Source: an uncultured Chloroflexia bacterium | Lineage (GTDB): Bacteria > Chloroflexota > Dehalococcoidia > Dehalococcoidales > RBG-16-60-22 | Assembly: GCA_963739515.1 (NCBI GenBank) | Contig: CAVUAO010000003.1 | Coordinates: 9,891-73,890, forward strand | DNA: 64,000 nt | Direction: 5' to 3' | Shown: piece after piece, positions 9,543-16,904 of the stretch | Position numbering within the stretch: position 1 is the stretch's first letter | Layout of the letters: each line of letters starts with the position of its first letter | Notes under the pieces: generated by a model | Database searches by the model: none | What the model was told of the DNA's origin: nothing | Seen by the model: the letters and a program-made list of their open reading frames with translations, nothing else | Position numbers and translations under genes: made by a program

Positions 9543-9839
9543 TTAATCTTCCTCCTCTTCTCTCCTGAAAAATCGATTGACCAGGCCGATAGCCTGGCGG
9601 CAGCCCTGAACGAAAGTGATGACCTGCGCCACAGGCCCGGCCATTTCCGTCTCCATAGTGGAAGTAATTTTAGCTACCATACCGGCGGTTTTCTTCATAG
9701 AATCGAGGACAGGCCTCACGCGCCGATAAAATAAACAGGCCAGCACCGTCAGAATAATCAGCGCCGCCGTCGCGCCCAGACAGAAGATACATATCGTCAG
9801 GTCACGAAACCACTCAATATCCATGGCCACTACCCCCAT
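9543..9839 (-). CDS. DUF948-like membrane protein (usual partner of YtxH)
   Basis: 98 aa with an N-terminal TM helix followed by a helical segment. It lies immediately upstream of, and is probably translationally coupled to, the YtxH gene. Confidence 0.6.
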   Translation of the reverse strand: MGVVAMDIEWFRDLTICIFCLGATAALIILTVLACLFYRRVRPVLDSMKKTAGMVAKITSTMETEMAGPVAQVITFVQGCRQAIGLVNRFFRREEEED

Positions 9840-9880
9840 TTCTCAGAGTCAATATGCGCATTGTAACCCCGCGCAATGTT

Positions 9881-9915
9881 AAGTATCAAGTATCAAGAGT
9901 CAAGTGTCAACGAAT
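9881..9915 (-). repeat. Heptanucleotide tandem array (5 units) directly after the stop of the Dabb gene
   Basis: Plus strand AAGTATC AAGTATC AAGAGTC AAGTGTC AACGAAT. On the coding (minus) strand this gives TGA every 7 nt (9909, 9902, 9895, 9888). Confidence 0.8.
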
Positions 9916-9916
9916 A

Positions 9917-10219
9917 CTAGACCTGGTAATCCACAACCTTACGGTCGAGGCGGAGATTGATAATATAATCGCCCACCTTAATATGTTCGGGGTGTTTCTG
10001 GTATTTCTTGAGGTCGGCGACACTATCGAATTCAGCACACAGGGCGATATCATAAGAATCGGCGGAATCGTTAAAATTAAAGCCGACTTCCAGAGTCTTC
10101 ACTTCCTTGATTTTCGATTTAAGACCCTCAAGCTGCGCCTTTATCTTTTCCGCGTTCTCCTTTTTGTTAGCGCCCTCGGCGAAGTCCTTGAGCTTCCACA
10201 TGACGATATGTTTAATCAT
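9917..10219 (-). CDS. Dabb-family stress-responsive alpha/beta-barrel protein
   Basis: 100 aa. MIKHIVMWKLKD...AEFDSVADLKKYQKHPEH is the characteristic Dabb pattern. Confidence 0.85.
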   Translation of the reverse strand: MIKHIVMWKLKDFAEGANKKENAEKIKAQLEGLKSKIKEVKTLEVGFNFNDSADSYDIALCAEFDSVADLKKYQKHPEHIKVGDYIINLRLDRKVVDYQV

Positions 10220-10485
10220 GACTCTTTTTTCTCTTCTATCTTCTCAACTTCGATGGTACACTCGGTTACCAGGGCCGCGAAGGCGCCGACCGCCGCCAGG
10301 ACCGGCGCGGCGACAATGCCTAAAGCCGCCACGGGCGCGCCGACGCTCAGAGGAATTTCGATGATCGTCCTGCCCTCGCGGATGAGGCGGACACGGCGGA
10401 TATTGCCCTCGTGGATGAGCTGTCTGAGCTTTTGCACGACCTGGTCGCCGGAAACGGTAAATTTTTCAGTCTCAGCCATAGACAC
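10216..10485 (-). CDS. DUF4342-domain protein
   Basis: 89 aa. FTVSGDQVVQKLRQLIHEGNIRRVRLIREGRTIIEIPLSVG plus a hydrophobic tail. Its stop overlaps the start of the Dabb gene. Confidence 0.7.
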   Translation of the reverse strand: MSMAETEKFTVSGDQVVQKLRQLIHEGNIRRVRLIREGRTIIEIPLSVGAPVAALGIVAAPVLAAVGAFAALVTECTIEVEKIEEKKES

Positions 10486-10624
10486 CTCCCGACTAATTGC
10501 ATATTAGTGAAGCGCTCAGAGGTGTGTCAAGTTTGAACGTCGCAATAGCCATTTTTCCATTGACAAAAGGACAAACAAGGTTTATATTTAAGTTCCTTGA
10601 AATATTTAGAGGCGGAGTCGAGAC

Positions 10625-11368
10625 ATGGCAGCAGCTAACGGCGAAGATAAACACCCATTTATGTCAAAACACCTGATTCTGGTACTGGCACTATTGGCCA
10701 CGTTACTGATTACGCTAATCCCCATTTTCGTGGTACTCAAAGGTACCGACCTCAAAGATACATTGGCACTTGCCTTCGGCACTTTCGGGGCGTGGATCGG
10801 GGCGGGCGCCGCGTACTTCTTCGGACGGGAGAATATGCGCACCGCCACAGACTCACTAATCAGAATGAGCGGGCACACACCGACAGAGATACTAGCCAAA
10901 ACGACATTGCGGGAAATGAATCCAAGACAAATACCGGATAAATTTCATCTAGACGACAAAGTAAAAAAATTGAGCGAATGGTTTAAGAAAAACGTAGAAA
11001 ATTATTTTGTGCTGATAGTCGATAAGGACGAAAAATACCAAAATACATTGAATGAAGAAGCCTTATACCGGTTCATCAATAACGAAACGGAGACGAACGC
11101 GAACAAGAAGTATAGTGAAATCAGAGACGCCTTCAATGATAAAAATATCCAAGATGTTATCGAATATATCAAATCGCAAAAGAAGAAGGAGCTGCAAACT
11201 CTGGTCGAATACGGTATACCTTTAAACGAAGACACCAAAGCCTCCGCCGCTAATGAAATTCTGGAAAATCAAAATAAAAAGCTAGCAATAGTCGTCGACG
11301 CACAAAATCAGCCTACGGGATTCATCACGACATCCGATATCAGGCGACTGCTGACCAGAGAGGGCTAA
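10625..11368 (+). CDS. Membrane-anchored protein with a probable C-terminal CBS pair
   Basis: 247 aa. Two N-terminal TM helices, then two CBS-like units ending in ...KLAIVVDAQNQPTGFITTSDIRRLL. The central part is visibly AT-rich. Confidence 0.55.
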   Translation: MAAANGEDKHPFMSKHLILVLALLATLLITLIPIFVVLKGTDLKDTLALAFGTFGAWIGAGAAYFFGRENMRTATDSLIRMSGHTPTEILAKTTLREMNPRQIPDKFHLDDKVKKLSEWFKKNVENYFVLIVDKDEKYQNTLNEEALYRFINNETETNANKKYSEIRDAFNDKNIQDVIEYIKSQKKKELQTLVEYGIPLNEDTKASAANEILENQNKKLAIVVDAQNQPTGFITTSDIRRLLTREG

Positions 11369-11865
11369 AGAAGCGAAACCAGATATTCCTTGAGCCAGGT
11401 CAAAGCGGCGACGGCGGCGCTCATCTTATTCTCAGCGCGGTCGCCGTGAAACTCATACTTACGATTGAAGGCGCCGCCGCGATGCGCCAGGCCGAGATAG
11501 AAAAGCCCCACCGGCTTGCCCTGAGCCGCGCCACCGGGTCCGGCGATACCGGTATCCGCCAGGCAGATATCCACATCCAGCTTCTTACGACCGCCAGCGG
11601 CCATTTCCTCGGCGACCTGCGGGCTCACCGAGCCGTATTTTTTAAGCGTGGCGGCACTAACGCCAATGACTTTAGTCTTAATCTCGTTGCTGTAGGCGAC
11701 GACCGACCCCTTAAAATAGTCTGAGCTGCCGGGCACGCCGGTGATAAGGTGAGAAATCAACCCGCCGGTGGCCGATTCCACCGCGCCGAGGGTCAGCCCC
11801 TGATGCCGCAGTAAATCCCCGATTTCCCAGGCAATATCAGCCATAAACGATGCACCTTTCTTCAT
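11365..11865 (-). CDS. pncC: Nicotinamide-nucleotide amidohydrolase (CinA C-terminal domain, PncC)
   Basis: GLTLGAVESATGGLISHLITGVPGSSDYFKGSVVAYSNEIK... is the CinA-C/PncC signature. Confidence 0.85.
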   Translation of the reverse strand: MKKGASFMADIAWEIGDLLRHQGLTLGAVESATGGLISHLITGVPGSSDYFKGSVVAYSNEIKTKVIGVSAATLKKYGSVSPQVAEEMAAGGRKKLDVDICLADTGIAGPGGAAQGKPVGLFYLGLAHRGGAFNRKYEFHGDRAENKMSAAVAALTWLKEYLVSLL

Positions 11866-12524
11866 AACCAGGGGAGGACATTACGCCGGATAAAATCGAA
11901 GTTATCCGCCACCCTATCAGAGCCAGTGACGATACCCATGTGGCCGGGCAGGAGATACTCGACATCAAGCAGGGACAGGGACTCGATGGACTTTCGCAAC
12001 TGGTCGCCATCGCCGCCGGGGAGGTCAACGCGGCCGGTGTTCGCCTCGAAAAGGACATCGCCGCAGACCAGGACTTTGGCCGCCCTATCGTAAAAGCAGA
12101 CGCAGTCCGGCGAGTGACCCGGCGAAGGAATCATTTCCAGTTTGATGCCGCCGCTCTGCAACCCGCCGGCGTCCAGGAGATAGTCCTCGGTAAATCCCAG
12201 CGGCTCGATGCCGAAAAGTCGGGCGCCATCGACGACGACCAATTGATAGTTCTGTTTCTGGACGGGGTGAAGGGCGATTTTCGCCCCAGAGAGCTTTTTA
12301 AAAGCCTCATTGGCGCCGCAATGGTCGATGTGCAGGTGCGTATTAACGATAGTACCGATATCCGCGGGGTCGAGGCCGTCATCGCGCAGACCGTCTATCC
12401 TGGCGTCCAGAAACTCGATGCTACCGGGGTCGATAATGATGCCGGGCTTGCCGGCGATAACATAGGTATTGCAGTCCAGCATGCCCTGTTCCGGGTACAG
12501 GTATAGATTATTTATCAATTTCAT
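11862..12524 (-). CDS. MBL-fold metallo-hydrolase
   Basis: 220 aa. Contains THLHIDHCG (the HxHxDH motif) and later PGHSPD and GD motifs. Confidence 0.85.
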   Translation of the reverse strand: MKLINNLYLYPEQGMLDCNTYVIAGKPGIIIDPGSIEFLDARIDGLRDDGLDPADIGTIVNTHLHIDHCGANEAFKKLSGAKIALHPVQKQNYQLVVVDGARLFGIEPLGFTEDYLLDAGGLQSGGIKLEMIPSPGHSPDCVCFYDRAAKVLVCGDVLFEANTGRVDLPGGDGDQLRKSIESLSLLDVEYLLPGHMGIVTGSDRVADNFDFIRRNVLPWL

Positions 12525-12611
12525 GCTATATTATCTCCAAAGCAATCAAATACCATCAGACAATTATATAATAATAAAAGCCGGAGAATAAACCGACAAG
12601 GAGGCCAACAC

Positions 12612-12806
12612 ATGGGACTAATCGGGGCAATCCTGGGAGGCATCGGCGCAATCGCCGCTGCGATTGGCGTAATCGTCATCCTGGAAGTATCCGATACGCC
12701 CATCCTCAGCGATAAACTCACGTGGGGGTTCTGGTTCGCGGTATCGGTGATACTGTTCCTGGCGGCGATAAGCTTCCTGCTGGGACGCGGACAGAACCGC
12801 GACTAG
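12612..12806 (+). CDS. Small two-TM membrane protein (hypothetical)
   Basis: 64 aa. The strong SD AAGGAGG lies 7 nt upstream of the ATG, and there are two hydrophobic helices. Confidence 0.5.
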   Translation: MGLIGAILGGIGAIAAAIGVIVILEVSDTPILSDKLTWGFWFAVSVILFLAAISFLLGRGQNRD

Positions 12807-12831
12807 CCGACGCAAACTCCACGGAGAAAGA

Positions 12832-13143
12832 TTGACCGAAAAAAGTCGGTCCGGCCGCCGATGGCTGATGGTAAAGGTGTTTCCCAGCGCGGGCCGTAAC
12901 GAAATAACGGGCTGGCGCGACGGGGTGCTCCAGGTCAAAATAGCCGCGCCGCCGGAAAAGGGCAAAGCCAACCGGGAACTTACCGATTTCCTGAGCGGGG
13001 AGCTGGGGGTAAAGAAGTCCGCCGTGGCTATCGTGAAGGGGCAGGCGGGCCGCAATAAAAGCATCACCGTTGAAGGGATGAGCCGTGAAGAGATAATAAA
13101 TAAGCTCAAAAACCAAAGCTCAAAAGTTAAAACCAGAGGTTAA
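12832..13143 (+). CDS. DUF167 / YggU-family protein
   Basis: ...VKVFPSAGRNEITGWRDGVLQVKIAAPPEKGKANRELTDFLSGELGVKKSAVAIVKGQAGRNK... The last ~12 codons and the stop are supplied by a heptamer array. Confidence 0.75.
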   Translation: MTEKSRSGRRWLMVKVFPSAGRNEITGWRDGVLQVKIAAPPEKGKANRELTDFLSGELGVKKSAVAIVKGQAGRNKSITVEGMSREEIINKLKNQSSKVKTRG

Positions 13144-13152
13144 AAGTCAAAA
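13104..13152. repeat. Heptanucleotide tandem array (7 units) overlapping the 3' end of the YggU-like ORF
   Basis: GCTCAAA AACCAAA GCTCAAA AGTTAAA ACCAGAG GTTAAAA GTCAAAA. Same unit family as the array at 57115. Confidence 0.8.
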
Positions 13153-13160
13153 CTGTCACC

Positions 13161-13262
13161 ATTCGACAGACTCGGGATGAGCGGGTGAGATTGCTTCGTC
13201 ACTACGTTCCTCGCAATGACAATGCCTGAAGGGAAAATCCTTCGACAAGCTCAGGATAAACG
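13161..13262 (+). repeat. Intergenic repeat modules (two TTCGACARRCTCRGGATRA modules flanking one family-2 hairpin)
   Basis: ATTCGACAGACTCGGGATGAGCGG, then GAGATTGCTTCGTCACTACGTTCCTCGCAATGACA (13187-13221), then CCTTCGACAAGCTCAGGATAAACG. Confidence 0.75.
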
Positions 13263-13263
13263 A

Positions 13264-13289
13264 AGAGGGGGCTGACGCCCCCTCTTTTT
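13264..13289. terminator. Bidirectional intrinsic terminator candidate between convergent genes (family-1 hairpin)
   Basis: AGAGGGGGC-TGAC-GCCCCCTCT, a perfect 9-bp stem. It is followed by TTTT on the plus strand and preceded by A/T-rich sequence. Confidence 0.55.
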
Positions 13290-13302
13290 ATTTCTCTATT
13301 TA

Positions 13303-14442
13303 CTAGGCCTTCTTCTTCCTCTTACGCCACCAGGTGAAGTAGAGAATCAGCAGGATGGCAATCCACAGCGGGCTGAAATAACCCAGCCAGATAAACAGAT
13401 TCACGAAGAAATGTCCTAAAGCCACCAGCCCTTTCCAGGCGCTATTGGCGGTATTGCCCGCCTCCCAGGCGGCACTCACGGTAATATAGTCTTTTCTCGT
13501 AAAATCGGCGGTGTGCTCCTTATCGTCCTTGATATTCAGGGTAACGGTATAGATGCCGTTATCGCGATAGGCATGGACGGGATTAACCTCGGTGCTGGTC
13601 TGGTCATCGCCGAAATTCCACTCATAAGTATAAGGCGAAAAGCCGCCGCTGACGGTCGCCTCGAACTGGATGCCCTCGTTTTCCCGGGCGGTGCGGGAAT
13701 ACGCCACGAACTCCACCGAAAGCTTGGACTGCTCCAGAGAGGCATCGATAGAAGACAGCGCGGCACTCTGCTCCAGGTACTGCATGCGGCCCTTGGTCTG
13801 CTCGATCTGTCCCCGGGTAGAGACCAACTGCTGCTGGACCTTCAGAATTTCTTCGACGGTACCGGCCTTGGTCATCAGCTCCAGCAACTGCGTTTCACTG
13901 GCCTCGAGGTTGCGCAGCTGGGCATCAAGGTCGACATACTCCTCGGTCACGTCCTGGCCGGAGGTCGATTCCGACTTAACGTCGACGGACAGGTCGCGCA
14001 GGGCCTGCAGGGCTTCATTAAAGCGGGCGGAGTCCACCCGGAAACTGATGCTGGCGAACAGACGGTTCTGGTCCTGGCCCACATTGGAATTGACCACATA
14101 GCCGCCGAAAGAATTGGCGAGATCGCCGATCCGGGCGAGGGAATCGGAGACGTCATCCACGACCAGCGCCAGATAAGCCGAACGGATGACCATACGCCCG
14201 GGGATAGAAACATCGCCAAAATAAACATCACCTGTCGCATGGGGAACAGACAAGGTAAATTGAGGAGGATTCGTGGTCCTCGGGGTAGCGGTGGGACTAG
14301 GCACGGGGGTTTTCACCCCCGAACCGGCAGAACCGGGCACCTCATTATAATACGGCGGAGATGGCGTGGATACCGCCTTACCACAGGCGACCGCGGCCAA
14401 CAGGAGGACAAGCAGGAGTAAACCAAGTACCAGCTTTTTCAT
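13303..14442 (-). CDS. Lipoprotein with DUF4349 domain, PKD domain and C-terminal TM anchor
   Basis: Signal/lipobox LLLAAVACG. DUF4349-like coiled segment (…VDLDAQLRNLEASETQLLELM…VSTRGQIEQTKGRMQYLE). PKD motif …YTYEWNFGDDQTSTEVNPVHAYRDNGIYTVTL. Confidence 0.8.
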   Translation of the reverse strand: MKKLVLGLLLLVLLLAAVACGKAVSTPSPPYYNEVPGSAGSGVKTPVPSPTATPRTTNPPQFTLSVPHATGDVYFGDVSIPGRMVIRSAYLALVVDDVSDSLARIGDLANSFGGYVVNSNVGQDQNRLFASISFRVDSARFNEALQALRDLSVDVKSESTSGQDVTEEYVDLDAQLRNLEASETQLLELMTKAGTVEEILKVQQQLVSTRGQIEQTKGRMQYLEQSAALSSIDASLEQSKLSVEFVAYSRTARENEGIQFEATVSGGFSPYTYEWNFGDDQTSTEVNPVHAYRDNGIYTVTLNIKDDKEHTADFTRKDYITVSAAWEAGNTANSAWKGLVALGHFFVNLFIWLGYFSPLWIAILLILYFTWWRKRKKKA

Positions 14443-14544
14443 ATCAGCCCCCTTTAAAGAGAACCTTCCTGCTTATTATAACGCTAAAAGCAAGGAAAGG
14501 TTGGTATAACGGTGGATATTTTTTGTTGGAGGAATAATGAAAAG

Positions 14545-14940
14545 TCAGCGGCTGATTATTTTCCGGACCAGGGCGCGCTTCTCTTTATAATCGTTAATGA
14601 TTTTCCTGCCTTCATCGGTGAGGCGGGCATAACCGCCGCGGGCACCGCCGGTGGACTTCACGACGAGCGGCGCAGGCGCGAGCCGGTTCATCGCCTCAAC
14701 CCAGAGCCAGGCGTTGCGGTAAGCCAGGTTCATCGACCGGGCAGCCGCGGATATCGAGCCAAGCTGGTCGATGCGCTCCAGAAGCGTAGCTCTCCCCCAC
14801 CCCATAAAAAGCTTCCCGTCTTTTTCCAGCCAGACCTTGCTCCGCACCACAATGCCGGACTCCGGCGGGTGCCCGGAGCGAACCCCGTGCTTGATGCCGA
14901 ATTCCGGAATTTTATTCTCCGCGGGTCTATTTTCTGGCAT
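14545..14940 (-). CDS. ModE-N-terminal-type winged-helix regulator (molybdate-responsive family; no TOBE domains)
   Basis: …GWGRATLLERIDQLGSISAAARSMNLAYRNAWLWVEAMNRLAPAPLVVKSTGGARGGYARLTDEG… matches the ModE DNA-binding half. Confidence 0.8.
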   Translation of the reverse strand: MPENRPAENKIPEFGIKHGVRSGHPPESGIVVRSKVWLEKDGKLFMGWGRATLLERIDQLGSISAAARSMNLAYRNAWLWVEAMNRLAPAPLVVKSTGGARGGYARLTDEGRKIINDYKEKRALVRKIISR

Positions 14941-15055
14941 GCCGAGAAGCCCCCCGATTTCCTATGTTATCAGCAATATAGCACTCCGTCAAATAAAGCT
15001 AACGGCGGCGGCTTTTTCCGAACCCGGCACGGTTTTTATAGCCAGAAAGGCACTA

Positions 15056-15104
15056 TTGTGATTTTTTTGTGACTTTTTTGCCGCATTTTGTGATGTATTT
15101 TGAC
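15056..15104 (+). promoter_or_regulatory. Four helically phased TTGTGA/TTTGAC direct repeats upstream of the HTH gene
   Basis: TTGTGA at 15056, 15067 and 15088, and TTTGAC at 15099. The spacings of 11, 21 and 11 nt put them on one face of the helix. The last overlaps a possible -35 (TTGACT 15100-15105). Confidence 0.3.
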
Positions 15105-15202
15105 TACAGGTTATCCTATTATATGAATGATACGCAGACTTCGTAAAAAACACATCAAATACACAGGGCAGCACAACTGCAAAATAGAAAAGGAGCACGT
15201 TT

Positions 15203-15430
15203 TTGCCGAGAAGAAACCAGCGCCAGAACGTCCGGCTCACGTCACGGGACATCGCCGACTACTGCCAGGTGAGCAAGAGCACGGTGCTCGAATGGATTAA
15301 AAGCAATCGGCTAAAAGCCTTCCGACTTCCCAGCGGCCATTACCGCATCGACAAGAAAGACTTTAGAGAATTCCTGGAAAAATGGGACATGCCCATCAAC
15401 ACCTGGCTGTTCGGCGAAAAAAACGAATGA
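15203..15430 (+). CDS. Excisionase/MerR-type helix-turn-helix DNA-binding protein
   Basis: 75 aa. LTSRDIADYCQVSKSTVLEWIKSNRLKAFRLPSGHYRIDKKDFREFL is the HTH_17 pattern. SD AAGGAG lies upstream of the TTG start. Confidence 0.7.
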   Translation: MPRRNQRQNVRLTSRDIADYCQVSKSTVLEWIKSNRLKAFRLPSGHYRIDKKDFREFLEKWDMPINTWLFGEKNE

Positions 15431-15504
15431 GGAGATAAAAATAGCGAAATCGGTCGCGGTATCTCGACTGTCGTCTTCTTTACCCGATAAAGGAGAACCA
15501 GTAA

Positions 15505-15786
15505 GTGAAGAGTTCGAACGCAAATGAAAGCCTGAGCCCAACCCGAAGCCCCAATCCATCGTATAACAGCCGGATGGAAGCCATCGCCTGCGGGGTGCAA
15601 GCCCGCCTCGAAGAAAGAACGGGATATTCAAGAAAGATAACCGATGAGACGGTCGATATCGCCAGGACGCTGGGGGTGGCGGACCGAGAAATCGTAAGAT
15701 GGGTGAACCAGCGCCAGAGCCAGCTGGCTGACACCGAGGAAAAAATCCGGGGAATCAAGTCCATCGTTTACCGGGCCGGGCAATAA
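15505..15786 (+). CDS. Hypothetical protein
   Basis: 93-aa ORF with a GTG start preceded by AAAGGAGA. No recognisable domain. Confidence 0.4.
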   Translation: MKSSNANESLSPTRSPNPSYNSRMEAIACGVQARLEERTGYSRKITDETVDIARTLGVADREIVRWVNQRQSQLADTEEKIRGIKSIVYRAGQ

Positions 15787-15901
15787 TCGAAAAATAATCC
15801 AATTTTAAACGCATTTTTATCTTTATAGTCTTTTAGACTATCTTGCGGCGATTATCTCCTTATTATTTTCACATTCATCTTGATAACCTCACCATCTCAA
15901 C

Positions 15902-16097
15902 CTCACCCCCTTAATCCCCCTCTCAAACTGTTTTATAGTCAATAATGCGCTATTTTTTTTGTTTGAGAGGGGGAGGAATGGAAAGAGGGGCTAACGCCCC
16001 TCTTAAACACCCCTATGAAATACAGGAGAGGGGGAAATGGAAAGAGGGGCTGACGCCCTTCAGGGTGAGCCCTCAGGATGAACCCCTCTTAAACTCC
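15902..16097. repeat. Cluster of hairpin repeat modules, including one module inserted inside another
   Basis: Family 3 at 15902-15973 (CTCACCCCCTTAATCCCCCTCTCAAAC-AT loop-GTTTGAGAGGGGG). Family 1 at 15983-16013. Family 1 copy at 16041-16097 is split by a 24-nt insert (16059-16082). Confidence 0.85.
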
Positions 16098-16118
16098 TCC
16101 GTATAAGTAAGAAAAAAA

Positions 16119-16856
16119 TTATGATGTGCCCAGCTGGATGAGCTGTCCGACCATATAACTGCACCGGTCAGAGGCCAGGAAAGCCACTACCGGCGCGACA
16201 TCGGCCGGCTCGCAGAGACGATGGAGGACGGAAGCCCGTTTTTCCCCTTCGAGCATTTCTTTCGGGGCGCGGTAGACAAGGCCGGTCTTGCCCAGTCCGG
16301 GCCCCACAGCATTAACGATAACGCCGTACTGCGCCACTTCCCGGGCCAGAGCCTTGGTAAACTGGACGACGCCGCCCTTGGCGGCGCCATAGATGGAGAT
16401 ACCGGGAATGCCCTGCCCGCCTGAGGTATTGACGATGCGGCCGTACTTGCGGGCAATCATGTGGGGCAGGACGGCGCGGGCGACCCGCATCTGGCTATAG
16501 AGATTGGTCTTAATATCAAAGTCCCAGTCCTCTTCCGTCATCTCGATAAAGGGTCGAAGCAGGCTGCTGGCGCCGGCGTTATTTACCAGGATATCGATTT
16601 TGCCGAATTTCTTGATAGCTTTTTCGACCAGGGCAGCGACCTGTGCCGGTTCGGTCACATCGGCTTTTACCGCCAGGGCTTGCCGGCCCAGAGCCTTGAT
16701 TTCCGCGGCGGTCTGCTTCGCTCCCTCCAGATTAATATCAGCGCAAACGACGTCACACCCTTCCTTAGCCAGCGTCAGGCAGATAGCTTTGCCGTAACCT
16801 ATCTGGCTGCCCGCCCCAGTCACCAGAGCCACTTTATCTTTTAAAAACAGGTCCAT
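16119..16856 (-). CDS. Short-chain dehydrogenase/reductase (FabG-like)
   Basis: 245 aa. Contains TGAGSQIGYG (cofactor-binding glycine motif), NNAG and YGAAK catalytic motifs. Confidence 0.9.
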   Translation of the reverse strand: MDLFLKDKVALVTGAGSQIGYGKAICLTLAKEGCDVVCADINLEGAKQTAAEIKALGRQALAVKADVTEPAQVAALVEKAIKKFGKIDILVNNAGASSLLRPFIEMTEEDWDFDIKTNLYSQMRVARAVLPHMIARKYGRIVNTSGGQGIPGISIYGAAKGGVVQFTKALAREVAQYGVIVNAVGPGLGKTGLVYRAPKEMLEGEKRASVLHRLCEPADVAPVVAFLASDRCSYMVGQLIQLGTS

Positions 16857-16904
16857 AAGATACCTCCCGTCGCGGCAAAATAGCGTTGTCCAAGAGAGTA
16901 TAGA

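Noticed and set aside
15825-15841. Perfect palindrome ATAGTCT-TTT-AGACTAT downstream of ORF 15505-15786, as a terminator
   Set aside because: The stem is AT-only and 7 bp long, with no following T-tract. It is too weak to call a terminator, and in AT-rich spacer DNA such palindromes arise by chance.
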